A stretch of 64,000 nucleotides of DNA, from positions 43,510 to 107,509 of the forward strand of contig QKHS01000054.1 of assembly GCA_003249955.1 (NCBI GenBank), read 5' to 3'. This stretch comes from Bacteroidales bacterium. Lineage in GTDB: Bacteria > Bacteroidota > Bacteroidia > Bacteroidales > ML635J-15. A program made the translations under genes and the position numbers. The notes under the pieces are model-generated. The model was given only the letters and a program-made list of their open reading frames with translations. It was not told the origin of the DNA and ran no database searches. Positions 47,501 through 55,800 of the stretch are shown in pieces (within the stretch, counting starts at the first letter, position 1; each line of letters starts with the position of its first letter).

Positions 47501-48144
47501 ACTTTGAGAGTTTATTGGGAATTGATGCTGCAGATTTACAGTTAACAGGTTGGCGCGGTACAATTGAAGGCGGAAGGCTTAAAGCTCCCGGAACGACATA
47601 CTGGATTGCTCCCAATACCGGAGCTACTAACGAATATGGACTGGAATACCTGCCCGGAGGACTTAGATTGGCTGACGGAAGTTTTGCTGAAACCGGTATT
47701 TCCTGTAACCTCTGGATGTTTGATACTTACGACGGATCACCATATTTTGGTTATTCACGTCATCTGAGAAATGATCTTGGCAAGATTGGCCGGAATATCT
47801 CGGATACATTACAAGGCTTTAGCGTACGTTGTGTTAAAACGCCTTATCTGCCTACAATAGTTACGTTACCGGTCAGTGATATTTCGGCAGGTTCGGCGAA
47901 ATCAGGCGGCAAAATTCTTATTCAGGGAGCCAGTTCTGTTTATGTAAGCGGACTGGTTTGGTCAGAGTATCCGTATCCTGACATGCAGATAAACAGCGGA
48001 ATTACAAGCGATGGTCAGCTTGAAGGAGAATTTAACAGTATAATGACAGGCCTTGTGCCGGGAACAGTTTATTATGTGCGTGCTTATGCCACAAATGCTG
48101 ACGGGACAGCTTACGGCAATCAGATTGAATTTACAGCGGAATAA
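44557..48144 (+). CDS. Large surface protein: N-terminal T9SS-CTD-like domain followed by three [FISUMP domain + Ig-like domain] modules
   Basis: FEIFPNPANESFFIQF...GLYFVHV at residues ~89-166 (nt 44821-45054). FISUMP modules occur three times (W/FMAENL...YGKLYN...LCPxGWHVP/A...VRCV). The module VYYVRAYA(T/V)N..G..YG also occurs three times. Confidence 0.8.
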   Translation: MKTTYKKEYSFPGFKHLSVAGFILFLLLSFKAYSQNYFMNFYPGSDTINIETVIVRNLSSGTTVSVTATDVLNIISPADIRYLASTGSKFEIFPNPANESFFIQFESPGSGQLSVSVCDVSGKMILNNSLYAERGFHKIMIDGAMQGLYFVHVRAESYMYSGKIAGTAGHNSDLSMELVQTIQVAENYNISEKSKSVYEIPYNFGDVLLCEATSDRGNKTVKTLVISDQNMYADGENLSMAFNFYPCKDFEQYEYPVVEISDMVWMAQNLNTEYFDNETHIKMIPGGNTWSQLSTVAYCDYNNNPAEFGQYGKLYNWHAVNYSGGLCPYGWHVATDEEWLKLELFLGLSADVADNTGWHGSFEGCYIKESGTEHWATDPDEETNSTGFTALPAGIRTLTGEFAHRTKYAAWWTATQSTEQNAWCRALRADSCDIYREDGKKVLGLSVRCVYNEITDTVLPVADLPVLTTDAVTEILMNSAISGGNISDDGGAEITARGIVWSTDPNPDILVNEGITYDGSGAGSFVSIPDGLTQNTVYYVRAYATNRAGTTYGQKEIFTTLPAFFTAGPGLTDIDGNTYSTVIINGMEFMGENLRTSHYNDGVPVLKITDATTWSAINSGAYCWYEDDSASNENLYGKLYNFNAVSNPALCPSGWHVPSDYEWKQTEMFLGMDTVAADDSGWRGTNEGGMLKEPGFAHWLSPNAAATNQSGLNALPAGYRGADGYFQDSESAAYFWTMTSLAVTSAAWLRSVSSTETGILRSNGELTKGASVRCIRSIVTLPVVSTSPVTNISVSSAETGGYISDNGWSEITARGVVWNITGNPAIGVDDGFTDNGGGSGSFSSYISGLSPATVYYVRAYAVNSAGISYGEEIVFNTLIAFFEQGPGMTDYDGKLYKTIVAGNREWMAENLSTSKYNGGNPITKAESSSDWVTNQGGAYCWYNNDSVAFDSIYGKLYNYNAARNETLCPQGWMLPYDWEWQDFESLLGIDAADLQLTGWRGTIEGGRLKAPGTTYWIAPNTGATNEYGLEYLPGGLRLADGSFAETGISCNLWMFDTYDGSPYFGYSRHLRNDLGKIGRNISDTLQGFSVRCVKTPYLPTIVTLPVSDISAGSAKSGGKILIQGASSVYVSGLVWSEYPYPDMQINSGITSDGQLEGEFNSIMTGLVPGTVYYVRAYATNADGTAYGNQIEFTAE

Positions 48145-48246
48145 ATCAACAATAAAAGTGTTAATCTGTTTATATCACATAACGTAAATCATGAATCCAG
48201 TCGGATTAAATTTTGAGTTACGGTAAATAATTAAAATGTTTTTATT

Positions 48247-48462
48247 ATGAAAAAGAATATGGGATCGCTTGATAAAATTATCAGGATACTGATTGCAGCA
48301 GTATTGGTTATTTTATACTTCACCGATGTTGTAACAGGAACTCCGGGTATTGTATTACTTGTCGTTTCGGGAGTCTTTGTTTTAACAAGTTTAATAAGCT
48401 TTTGCCCTTTATACCTGCCGTTCGGATTAAGTACAAGATGCGAAAAAAAGGTCGAAAAATAA
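48247..48462 (+). CDS. DUF2892 (YgaP-like) small membrane protein
   Basis: MGSLDKIIRILIAAVL...FCPLYLPFGLST. Confidence 0.7.
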   Translation: MKKNMGSLDKIIRILIAAVLVILYFTDVVTGTPGIVLLVVSGVFVLTSLISFCPLYLPFGLSTRCEKKVEK

Positions 48463-48512
48463 CTGATTTTATAGCATAAGTGTTGTTAATTAGTTATTTT
48501 TGCTAAAAAAAC

Positions 48513-48962
48513 ATGGTTAACAACAAATTAGACAAAACATTCGGGCCGGTAGGCTCATTTGCTGGAATTATTATTCTCTTATTCGGTATTTATGCCTGTT
48601 TTTATTCATGGGTTGGAATAACAACAATTGTTGTAGGTGTCTTTTTGGCATTTACAAATACCGGAACCTTGATTGATTTTGAAAACAGAAGATTAAAGTT
48701 TGCTTCAAACCTGTTTGGTTTTATTCCCGTGGGACATTGGACTGAAATTAAACCGGGAATGAAACTTATTGTGCGTAATGTTTCAAAAACATATACAGCA
48801 AACAGTGCCAGCAACCGGCAAACCAGCCAGAAGCAGAGTGATATTAGAATTGTGTTGTTAAATGACAGTGGAGCCGAGGTTATGGCTGTGAAAAAATTCG
48901 GGACGAAAGAGGCAGCAGAGAAGGAATTACCGGAATTGACAGAAAAACTTAAACTTGTTTAG
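48513..48962 (+). CDS. Membrane protein, unknown function
   Basis: Two N-terminal TM helices. No motif recognised. Confidence 0.4.
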   Translation: MVNNKLDKTFGPVGSFAGIIILLFGIYACFYSWVGITTIVVGVFLAFTNTGTLIDFENRRLKFASNLFGFIPVGHWTEIKPGMKLIVRNVSKTYTANSASNRQTSQKQSDIRIVLLNDSGAEVMAVKKFGTKEAAEKELPELTEKLKLV

Positions 48963-48963
48963 A

Positions 48964-49143
48964 ATGAGTGATTTGGAATCAAAAATCGGTATTAATTTTA
49001 ATGCGGTAAAGTGTCCGGTATGTGGAGAAAAACAACCGGCAATACGAAAACCAAAAGGCCTGTACGAAATTTTATGGGGAGGCTATACCTGTAAAAATTG
49101 CGGATGTAAAATGGATAAATTCGGAAAAGCGAGAGGCAAATAA
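48964..49143 (+). CDS. 59-aa zinc-ribbon protein (intact copy of a triplicated unit)
   Basis: CPVCGEKQ...CKNCGC is a CxxC...CxxC arrangement. The start lies 1 nt after the upstream stop. Confidence 0.5.
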   Translation: MSDLESKIGINFNAVKCPVCGEKQPAIRKPKGLYEILWGGYTCKNCGCKMDKFGKARGK

Positions 49144-49209
49144 GGACGCTGATGCAATAAAATGCAGTAATATACCTGCAAATCTGTTCTAATCCCGGAG
49201 GAATTTAAT

Positions 49210-49362
49210 ATCAATTTTGAGGCTGTAAAGTGTCCGTTTTGTGGCTAAAACTAACCGGCAATACGAAAACCAAAAGGCCCGTACGAAATTTTATTGGGTT
49301 GCTATACCTGTAAAAATTGCGGATGCAAAATGGATAAATTCGGAAAAGCAAGAGGCAAATAA
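49210..49362 (+). pseudogene. Degenerate copy 2 of the zinc-ribbon minigene
   Basis: Near-identical to 48991-49143 but lacks a start codon and carries in-frame stops (gtggctaaaactaacc). Confidence 0.7.
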
Positions 49363-49488
49363 GGCCGCTAATCCGATGAAATACCGTAATATGCCTGCAA
49401 ATCTGTTCTAATCCCAGAGTGATTTAATATCAACTTAAAAGCCCGTAATATACATTCAAATCTGTTCTAATCCCGGAGGGATTTAATA

Positions 49489-49638
49489 TCAATTTTGAGG
49501 CTGTAAAGTGTCCGTTTTGTGGCGAAAACAACCGGCAATACGAAAACCCAAAGGCCTGTACGAAATTTTATGGGGAGGCTATACCTGTAAAAATTGCGGA
49601 TGCAAAACGGATAAATTTGGAAAAGCAAGAGGCAAATA
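49489..49638 (+). pseudogene. Degenerate copy 3 of the zinc-ribbon minigene
   Basis: Near-identical to 48991-49143, with no start codon and a net -1 frameshift (gtggcgaaaacaacc / aaaacccaaagg). Confidence 0.7.
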
Positions 49639-49963
49639 GGGATGTTGATCCAATTAAATGCCGTAATATACCTGTAAAGCTGTCTTAATCCCGGAGTGAT
49701 TTTATATCAACTGAAAAGTCGTAATATACATTCAAATCTGTCCTAATCCCGGAGGGATTTAATATCAATAACCGCGGGTGAAACCCGTGGTTATAACAAC
49801 AACCAACCCCATACTGGCTTTGGCGCTGAATTTGTTCCAGCCTTTGGCTGACAAATTCTGTGACAAAGCTTTTGTAAATCCAGTTATACTGAACCCTAAT
49901 AGAATTTTATTAAAAAAAGAGTTTTGATTAAAATGAATATTTTAAGTATCAAATAAAATCTGT

Positions 49964-49971
49964 TATCTTTG
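49964..49971 (+). promoter_or_regulatory. Bacteroidota -7 box (TAnnTTTG)
   Basis: tatctttg lies 63 nt upstream of the ATG at 50034. Confidence 0.35.
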
Positions 49972-50033
49972 ATTTGTTCCTTAAGACAGATAAAATATAT
50001 TCCGGTAATATAATTCTTATAATCAGTACTCAA

Positions 50034-50825
50034 ATGAATAAAGATAAAATACATAAACTTGTAGAAAAAGGATCTCATGGTTCGAAGATAAATCTTTTGT
50101 TTGATTATGCTATTATGGTACTTATTGTACTGAATGTAATAGCAATGGTTTTGGAAACTATTCAGGATATAAATCAACTGTTGGGGAGTTTTTTTAAAAT
50201 TTTTGAGATAGTTTCAGTTATAATTTTCTCTATCGAATATATTACTAGGATTTACATTTCAGATTTAACACATCCATCAAACAGCAGATTTAAATCAGCT
50301 ATAAAATTTATATTCTCGGTTTATGGAATAATTGATTTACTTGCGATAATTCCTTTTTATATCCCTTTCCTTATAAAAATAGATCTCAGGTTTTTGAGAA
50401 TGCTAAGACTGATGAGATTTATGAGAATCTTTAAGATAAACAGATATAGCAATTCTCTTAATTTGATATGGGCCGTTATTAAAGAAAAAAAATCAGAATT
50501 GCTTATAACAGGATTTGTAACATTTCTGGTTTTGTTTATTGCCTCATTTTTAATGTACTATATCGAAGGAAGTGCACAACCGGATAAGTTTCCAAATATT
50601 ATAGCAAGTTTTTGGTGGGCTATTTCTACTTTGACAACTGTTGGTTATGGAGATATTGTTCCGGTAACGAGTTTTGGAAAATTTGTCAGTGGATTGATAG
50701 CTTTTCTCGGGATAGGACTTGTTGCTTTGCCCACAGGCTTGATAAGTGCCGGATTTGTAGGAAAAATCGGTAAAAAGGATAAATGTGTAAAATGTCCGCA
50801 TTGCGGAAAAAATATTGATTTGTAA
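50034..50825 (+). CDS. Voltage-gated-type (6TM) potassium channel
   Basis: S4-like LRFLRMLRLMRFMRIFKINR and the selectivity filter TLTTVGYGD. The C-terminal tail is KCVKCPHCGKNIDL. I use the ATG at 50034. Confidence 0.8.
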   Translation: MNKDKIHKLVEKGSHGSKINLLFDYAIMVLIVLNVIAMVLETIQDINQLLGSFFKIFEIVSVIIFSIEYITRIYISDLTHPSNSRFKSAIKFIFSVYGIIDLLAIIPFYIPFLIKIDLRFLRMLRLMRFMRIFKINRYSNSLNLIWAVIKEKKSELLITGFVTFLVLFIASFLMYYIEGSAQPDKFPNIIASFWWAISTLTTVGYGDIVPVTSFGKFVSGLIAFLGIGLVALPTGLISAGFVGKIGKKDKCVKCPHCGKNIDL

Positions 50826-51006
50826 AATCATATGCAGGCCATGGAAAACACATATTTATTATTTAATTTTTGCAACAGATTTCTTTGTCACGAACCGAAG
50901 CGCAACTGAGCAAATATCATTTTGCTAAAAATATTGACTCCTAAACTAAGTATGTGTTTGCCATGTGGACATGACATTTTTATTGAATAATATAATTTAA
51001 ATACAT

Positions 51007-51014
51007 TATCTTTG
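51007..51014 (+). promoter_or_regulatory. Bacteroidota -7 box (TAnnTTTG)
   Basis: tatctttg lies immediately upstream of the riboswitch P1 stem. Confidence 0.45.
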
Positions 51015-51021
51015 AGCCGAA

Positions 51022-51139
51022 TTTTCTTCGGGGCAGAGTGTAATTCTCTACCGGCGGTAAAAGTCCGCGACTCCTTTACGAAGGATTGATACGGTGAAAT
51101 TCCGGAACCGACAGTTAAAGTCTGGATGAGAGAAGAAAA
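51022..51139 (+). promoter_or_regulatory. FMN riboswitch (RFN element)
   Basis: ttttcttcggggcagagtgtaattctctaccggcggtaaaagtccgcga...ggtgaaattccggaaccgacagttaaagtctggatgagagaagaaaa matches the RFN consensus blocks and closes P1 (ttttcttc/gagaagaaaa). A downstream hairpin, aatcttt...aaagatt plus tgtttt, could be the expression platform. Confidence 0.9.
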
Positions 51140-51219
51140 GTGAATTTAATCTTTACGATTTCCGAAAGATTATGTTTTGCCCTGAAGGATTATTGTATAA
51201 TTTTAAATGTAAGGGTAAA

Positions 51220-51858
51220 ATGGCAACAATTAATGATTTTGGCGCAGACTACAAAGAGCGTATCGGGAATGCAATCAGTAAACTTCAGAACGGTAAAGGA
51301 ATTTTACTTGTTGATGACGAAAACCGTGAAAATGAGGGAGATATAATTTATCCGGCAAATACAATGACAGTAAAAGATATGGCATTAATGATCCGCGAAT
51401 GCAGCGGAATAGTGTGTTTATGTCTTACTCCGGAAAAAAGCGAAAAGATGGAACTGCATCAGATGGTGAAATCCAATACCAGTAAAAACCAGACAGCCTT
51501 TACAATTTCAATCGAAGCCAAAGACGGGGTTACAACAGGTGTTTCAGCAAAAGACAGAATTCACACCATAAAAACGGCTGTTTCAGAAAATGCGAAACCT
51601 GAAGACCTTGCTCATCCCGGCCATGTATTTCCTTTGGTAGCAAAACAAGGCGGAGTCTTTGAAAGAAGAGGACACACCGAAGGGAGTATCGATCTGGTCA
51701 GATTAGCCGGGTTGGGAGATTCTGCAGTTTTGTGCGAATTAACAAATGAAGACGGGACAATGGCAAGATTACCGGAGATAATAGATTTTGCAAAAAAACA
51801 TGATATGAGCGTTGTGAGTATTGAAGATATTTTTCAATACCGTAAACAGGCATTATAA
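51220..51858 (+). CDS. ribB: 3,4-dihydroxy-2-butanone 4-phosphate synthase
   Basis: [31 protein letters not shown] and [12 protein letters not shown] use the ATG at 51220 (MATINDF); the track's start at 51172 lies in the leader. Confidence 0.9.
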   Translation: MATINDFGADYKERIGNAISKLQNGKGILLVDDENRENEGDIIYPANTMTVKDMALMIRECSGIVCLCLTPEKSEKMELHQMVKSNTSKNQTAFTISIEAKDGVTTGVSAKDRIHTIKTAVSENAKPEDLAHPGHVFPLVAKQGGVFERRGHTEGSIDLVRLAGLGDSAVLCELTNEDGTMARLPEIIDFAKKHDMSVVSIEDIFQYRKQAL

Positions 51859-51889
51859 AAACAATAAAATAATATTGGTAAAAAAAGCA

Positions 51890-52804
51890 GCCACGAAAGC
51901 ACGAAATTACGAAAAAAGAAAAATCCTTTTAGTGTCTTAGTGTTTTAGTGGCGATAAAGATAAAACTGTTATTGGAAATAAAGTTTAATAGCCACGAAAG
52001 CACGAAATCACAAAAAAAAGTAAACCCTTTAGTGTTTTGGTGTCTTAGTGGCAAAAAAAAGAGAATAGCAAAATATTGACAAAAAAAGTAGCCACAAAAG
52101 CACGAAAGCACAAAAAAAAGAAAAACTCATTTAGTGTCTTAGTGTTTTAGTGGCGATAAAGATAAAACTGTTATTGGAAATAAAGTTTAATAGCCACAAA
52201 AGCACGAAGGCACGAAAAAAAGAAAAAACCTTTTAGTGTCTTAGTGTTTTAGTGGCGATAAAGATAAAACTGTTAATGGAAATAAAGTTTAATAGCCACG
52301 AAAGCACGAAATCACAAAAAAAAAGTAAACTCACTTAGTGTCTTGGTGTTTTAGTGGCAATAAAGAACTTAGTAAAATTAATTAGGCACGAAAGCACAAC
52401 CACGAAGTGCTCAGCATAGCTAAAAGCACAAAAAAAGAATCCCATTTAGTGTTTTAGTGTCTTAGTGGCAGCAAAAAGAGAATATATAATATTGATAAAA
52501 AAAGTAGCCACGAAAGCACGAAGTCACGAAAAAAGAAAAATCCTTATCACGAAAAAAAGTAAACCCTTTAGTGTTTTGGTGTCTTAGTGGCAAAAAAAAG
52601 AGAATAACATAATATTGATAAAAAAAGTAGCCACAAAAGCACGAAAGCACGAAAAAAAGAAAAACTCATTTAGTGTCTTGGTGTTTTAGTGGCAATAAAG
52701 AACTTAGTAAAATTAATTAGCCACGAAAGCACAACCACGAAGTGCTCAGCGTAGCTAAAAGCACAAAAAAAGAATCCCATTTAGTGTTTTAGTGTCTTAG
52801 TGGC
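51890..52804. repeat. Tandem array B: 9 hairpin units of the same family and orientation as array A
   Basis: Units start at 51890, 51991, 52091, 52193, 52295, 52385, 52507, 52630 and 52720. Units 52385 and 52720 carry the insertion aaccacgaagtgctcagc(a/g)tagctaaaagcac. Confidence 0.9.
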
Positions 52805-52858
52805 AAAAAAGATGGTAATGATAAAGAATGTGATATATATTATCTGAGTTTGCCGGTT

Positions 52859-55800
52859 TTATTTTATTAAAGTAAAGTATCCCGCCTTTGTGTATGTATT
52901 GCCGTACAAATCGGTGAATGTAACTACCCATGAATATTCGCCCGGATTGCATTCCATCTCGTTGTACCGTCCGTTCCAGCCTTCTTCGTAGTCTTCACTG
53001 TCAAATACTCTTTCTCCCCATCTGCTGTATATCTGCAGGTTATAAGTTTCCGGGTCAAAATTCGCGATAATAACCTTAAATTCTTCGTTAAGGTCATCAT
53101 AATTGGGTGTAAATGCAGTAGGGGCGTATATGGTCAGTTCGCTGTTTACTTTTATATCCACATAAGCGGTATCGTAGCATCCGTAAAGTGAAGTGGTGTT
53201 TAAAATTACCCGGTAAACTCCCGGCATTGTGAATGTGTGCGCGGGATTTTCTTCTGTTCCCATACTGCCGTCACCAAAGTCCCAGTGATACCAGAAACCG
53301 CCTTCGCTGTAGTTGGTAAAATAAACAATAGGGAATGATGAACTTACACTTGTTGAACTGGAGTTAAAGTTTGCATCCGGAACAGGGAATGCGGTTATCC
53401 CTATTGTTGTATCATTTTTGCAGCCGTTTACAGATGTTACTTCCAGGTAAACATGGTAGCTCCTGGGATTGTAGAATGTGTGTAACGGGTTTTTGTCAAA
53501 TGACAGATTTTCAAAATCACCGTCGTCAAAATTCCATACATAGCGTTGACCCAAGTCAGGGCTTATTTCGTTAAACTGTACAGTTAAAGGCACACAGCCG
53601 CTGTATTTGTCGGCAACAACGTCAACCGGAGGAAGCGGGTAAGCTTCTACAGGAACTGCAACCATAACACTGTCAAAGTGACATGCATCCCAGACAGAGA
53701 AATAAAATACAGTATCCGTGTAAATATCAAGCTCAACCGGAATTGTCATTACCGAGTCGTTTACAATAACAGTATTTCCGGTTATTCCTCCTCCTGAAAA
53801 GTTAACATCAAATGCAAGTCTGGTATCAGGACAAACTGAGTATGTGTCTGCCGATACTTCGAGCGATAACGGATCGTTAACATAAACGGTTACATCTATA
53901 TCTTCGCTTATACAATTTGCCAGGTCAACAATATGTGCAGAATAAACCGTAGTTTCTTCCGGGCTGACCAAAGTTGTCATTCCGTTATCATCATTGCTCC
54001 AGAGTATTGTATATGGCGGAACACTTCCTGAAATTATACCCACACCGATTTCGGCAGTCATGCCGTAACAAATTACAGGATTGTCCATAGGCTGAATATA
54101 GAACGGATCAGGTTGTGTCACCTCATACTCCATTTCGTAATGACATCCGCTTTGGTCTGTGGCTGTTACAGAATATGAACCGGCTGTTACACCTATAAGA
54201 TTTTGCTGCCAGCTTCCTGTATTCCAGACAAACTCATATGGCGGTCGTCCTCCTGCTATATTAACATAAATATTTCCGTTGTCCCCGCCGTTACATGTTA
54301 CCTGGGTACCGCTTATCATTCCGCTTAAAGGAGCCGTCGGTTGGAGAATCTGAATGGTGTCAGCCGTGATACAATTATTTGAATCGGTTATGGTAACCAT
54401 ATAAATTCCAGGTGTAAGATTGTAAATGTCTTCGCTTATTTCACCGTTACTCCAGTTAAAATAATAAGGAATGGTTCCTCCGTTCACATTAAGGTCAGCA
54501 ACCCCGTTAGTTTCTCCGAAACATCTGATATCTGTTCCTGTAATTTCTCCGTGTAACGGGAACTGTGGCTGGGTTATCTGCGCATAAGCAAATGATGAGC
54601 ATCCGTTGGCATCTGTTACCGTAACGATATAAGTTCCGTAGAAAATATCTGTAAGGCTCTGGTCTGAATCACCGTTGTTCCATTCGTAGTCGAACGGGAA
54701 AGTACCACCTGTAATGTTAAGAATTACCTGTCCGGTATTTTGCCCGTAACAGGCAACATTTACAGGATTTACAACTGTTATAAGTTCATCAGGTTCTGTA
54801 ATAACATAAGTGTCGGAGATTGTACAGTTGTTAAAATCAGTAACGGTTATTATATACGAACCAGCAGGAATGTTGTAAAGATCAGGAACCATCATACTGT
54901 TTGACCAGAGGTATTGATAAGGAGTTGTTCCTCCCGAAACAGATGTTGTGATTTGTCCGCTGTTTTCTCCGTGACATGATACGTTTTGAAGAGTTGAGCT
55001 TACGGAAAATACAGGGGGTTCGTTTATTGTAAATGAGTCGGAGCCGAAACATCCGTGGTCGTCAGTGATTGTAAATCCGTAAAGGCCGGGAGCAAGGCCG
55101 GTAGGTGAAAATCCGCTTATGCCTGAAGGGTCCCAGGCTATTGTGTAAGGACTGGTTCCTCCGTTGGCAGAAACTGTTGCCTGTCCGTCATCAAACCCAA
55201 AACAGGAAATATCCTGAACATTTGAAATGTGTGTATTGAGGGATGGCGGCACATCTACAGAAGCTGTCGTACTGGCAGTACAACCCAGCGATTCTGTAAC
55301 CGTAACCGAGTAATTACCCGGACCAAGGTCTGATATTGTTTGCGTTGTCTCAACAGGTGTTGTACTCCATGCAAAAACATATGGGGTTGTTCCACCTACA
55401 GGATTGGCCGTTACAGAACCATCAGCGGTTCCGTTACAACTAATATCCTGAGTTGTTGCATTGACTGAAATATTTACAAAGTCAATATGGCAACTCTCAC
55501 TTACGGAGCATCCGATGAGGTCGGTTATTGTTACCGAATAATCTCCTGTTGAAGAGAAAGTATAGCTTGAACTGGTGCTGTTATCCTGCCAGTGATAAGT
55601 TACATCGGGAATGTTTAAGTTTACTGTATAAGGTGCTCCGTTACAAACAACAGAATCCGGCAAATCTGTAATAGGAGGTAAAGAACTGTTTACCGGAACT
55701 ACCAGTTGCAGGGACTCTTCCACACAGCTACCGTCTCTCATAAAACTCATTGTTACAGTGTATTCACCTGAATTCGGGAAGGTGTGGTTAAGTGCAGGAT

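Noticed and set aside
51140-51346. Track ORF 51140..51346, and the 51172 start for ribB
   Set aside because: Both start inside the riboswitch expression platform or leader. The RibB family N-terminus begins at the ATG at 51220.
51929-52650. Minus-strand track ORFs 51929..52111 and 52462..52650 (MLSCFCGYFF...LPLRHQNTKGFTFF)
   Set aside because: They lie entirely within hairpin array B, and their near-identical low-complexity translations are by-products of the repeat sequence. There is no comparable ORF in array A.
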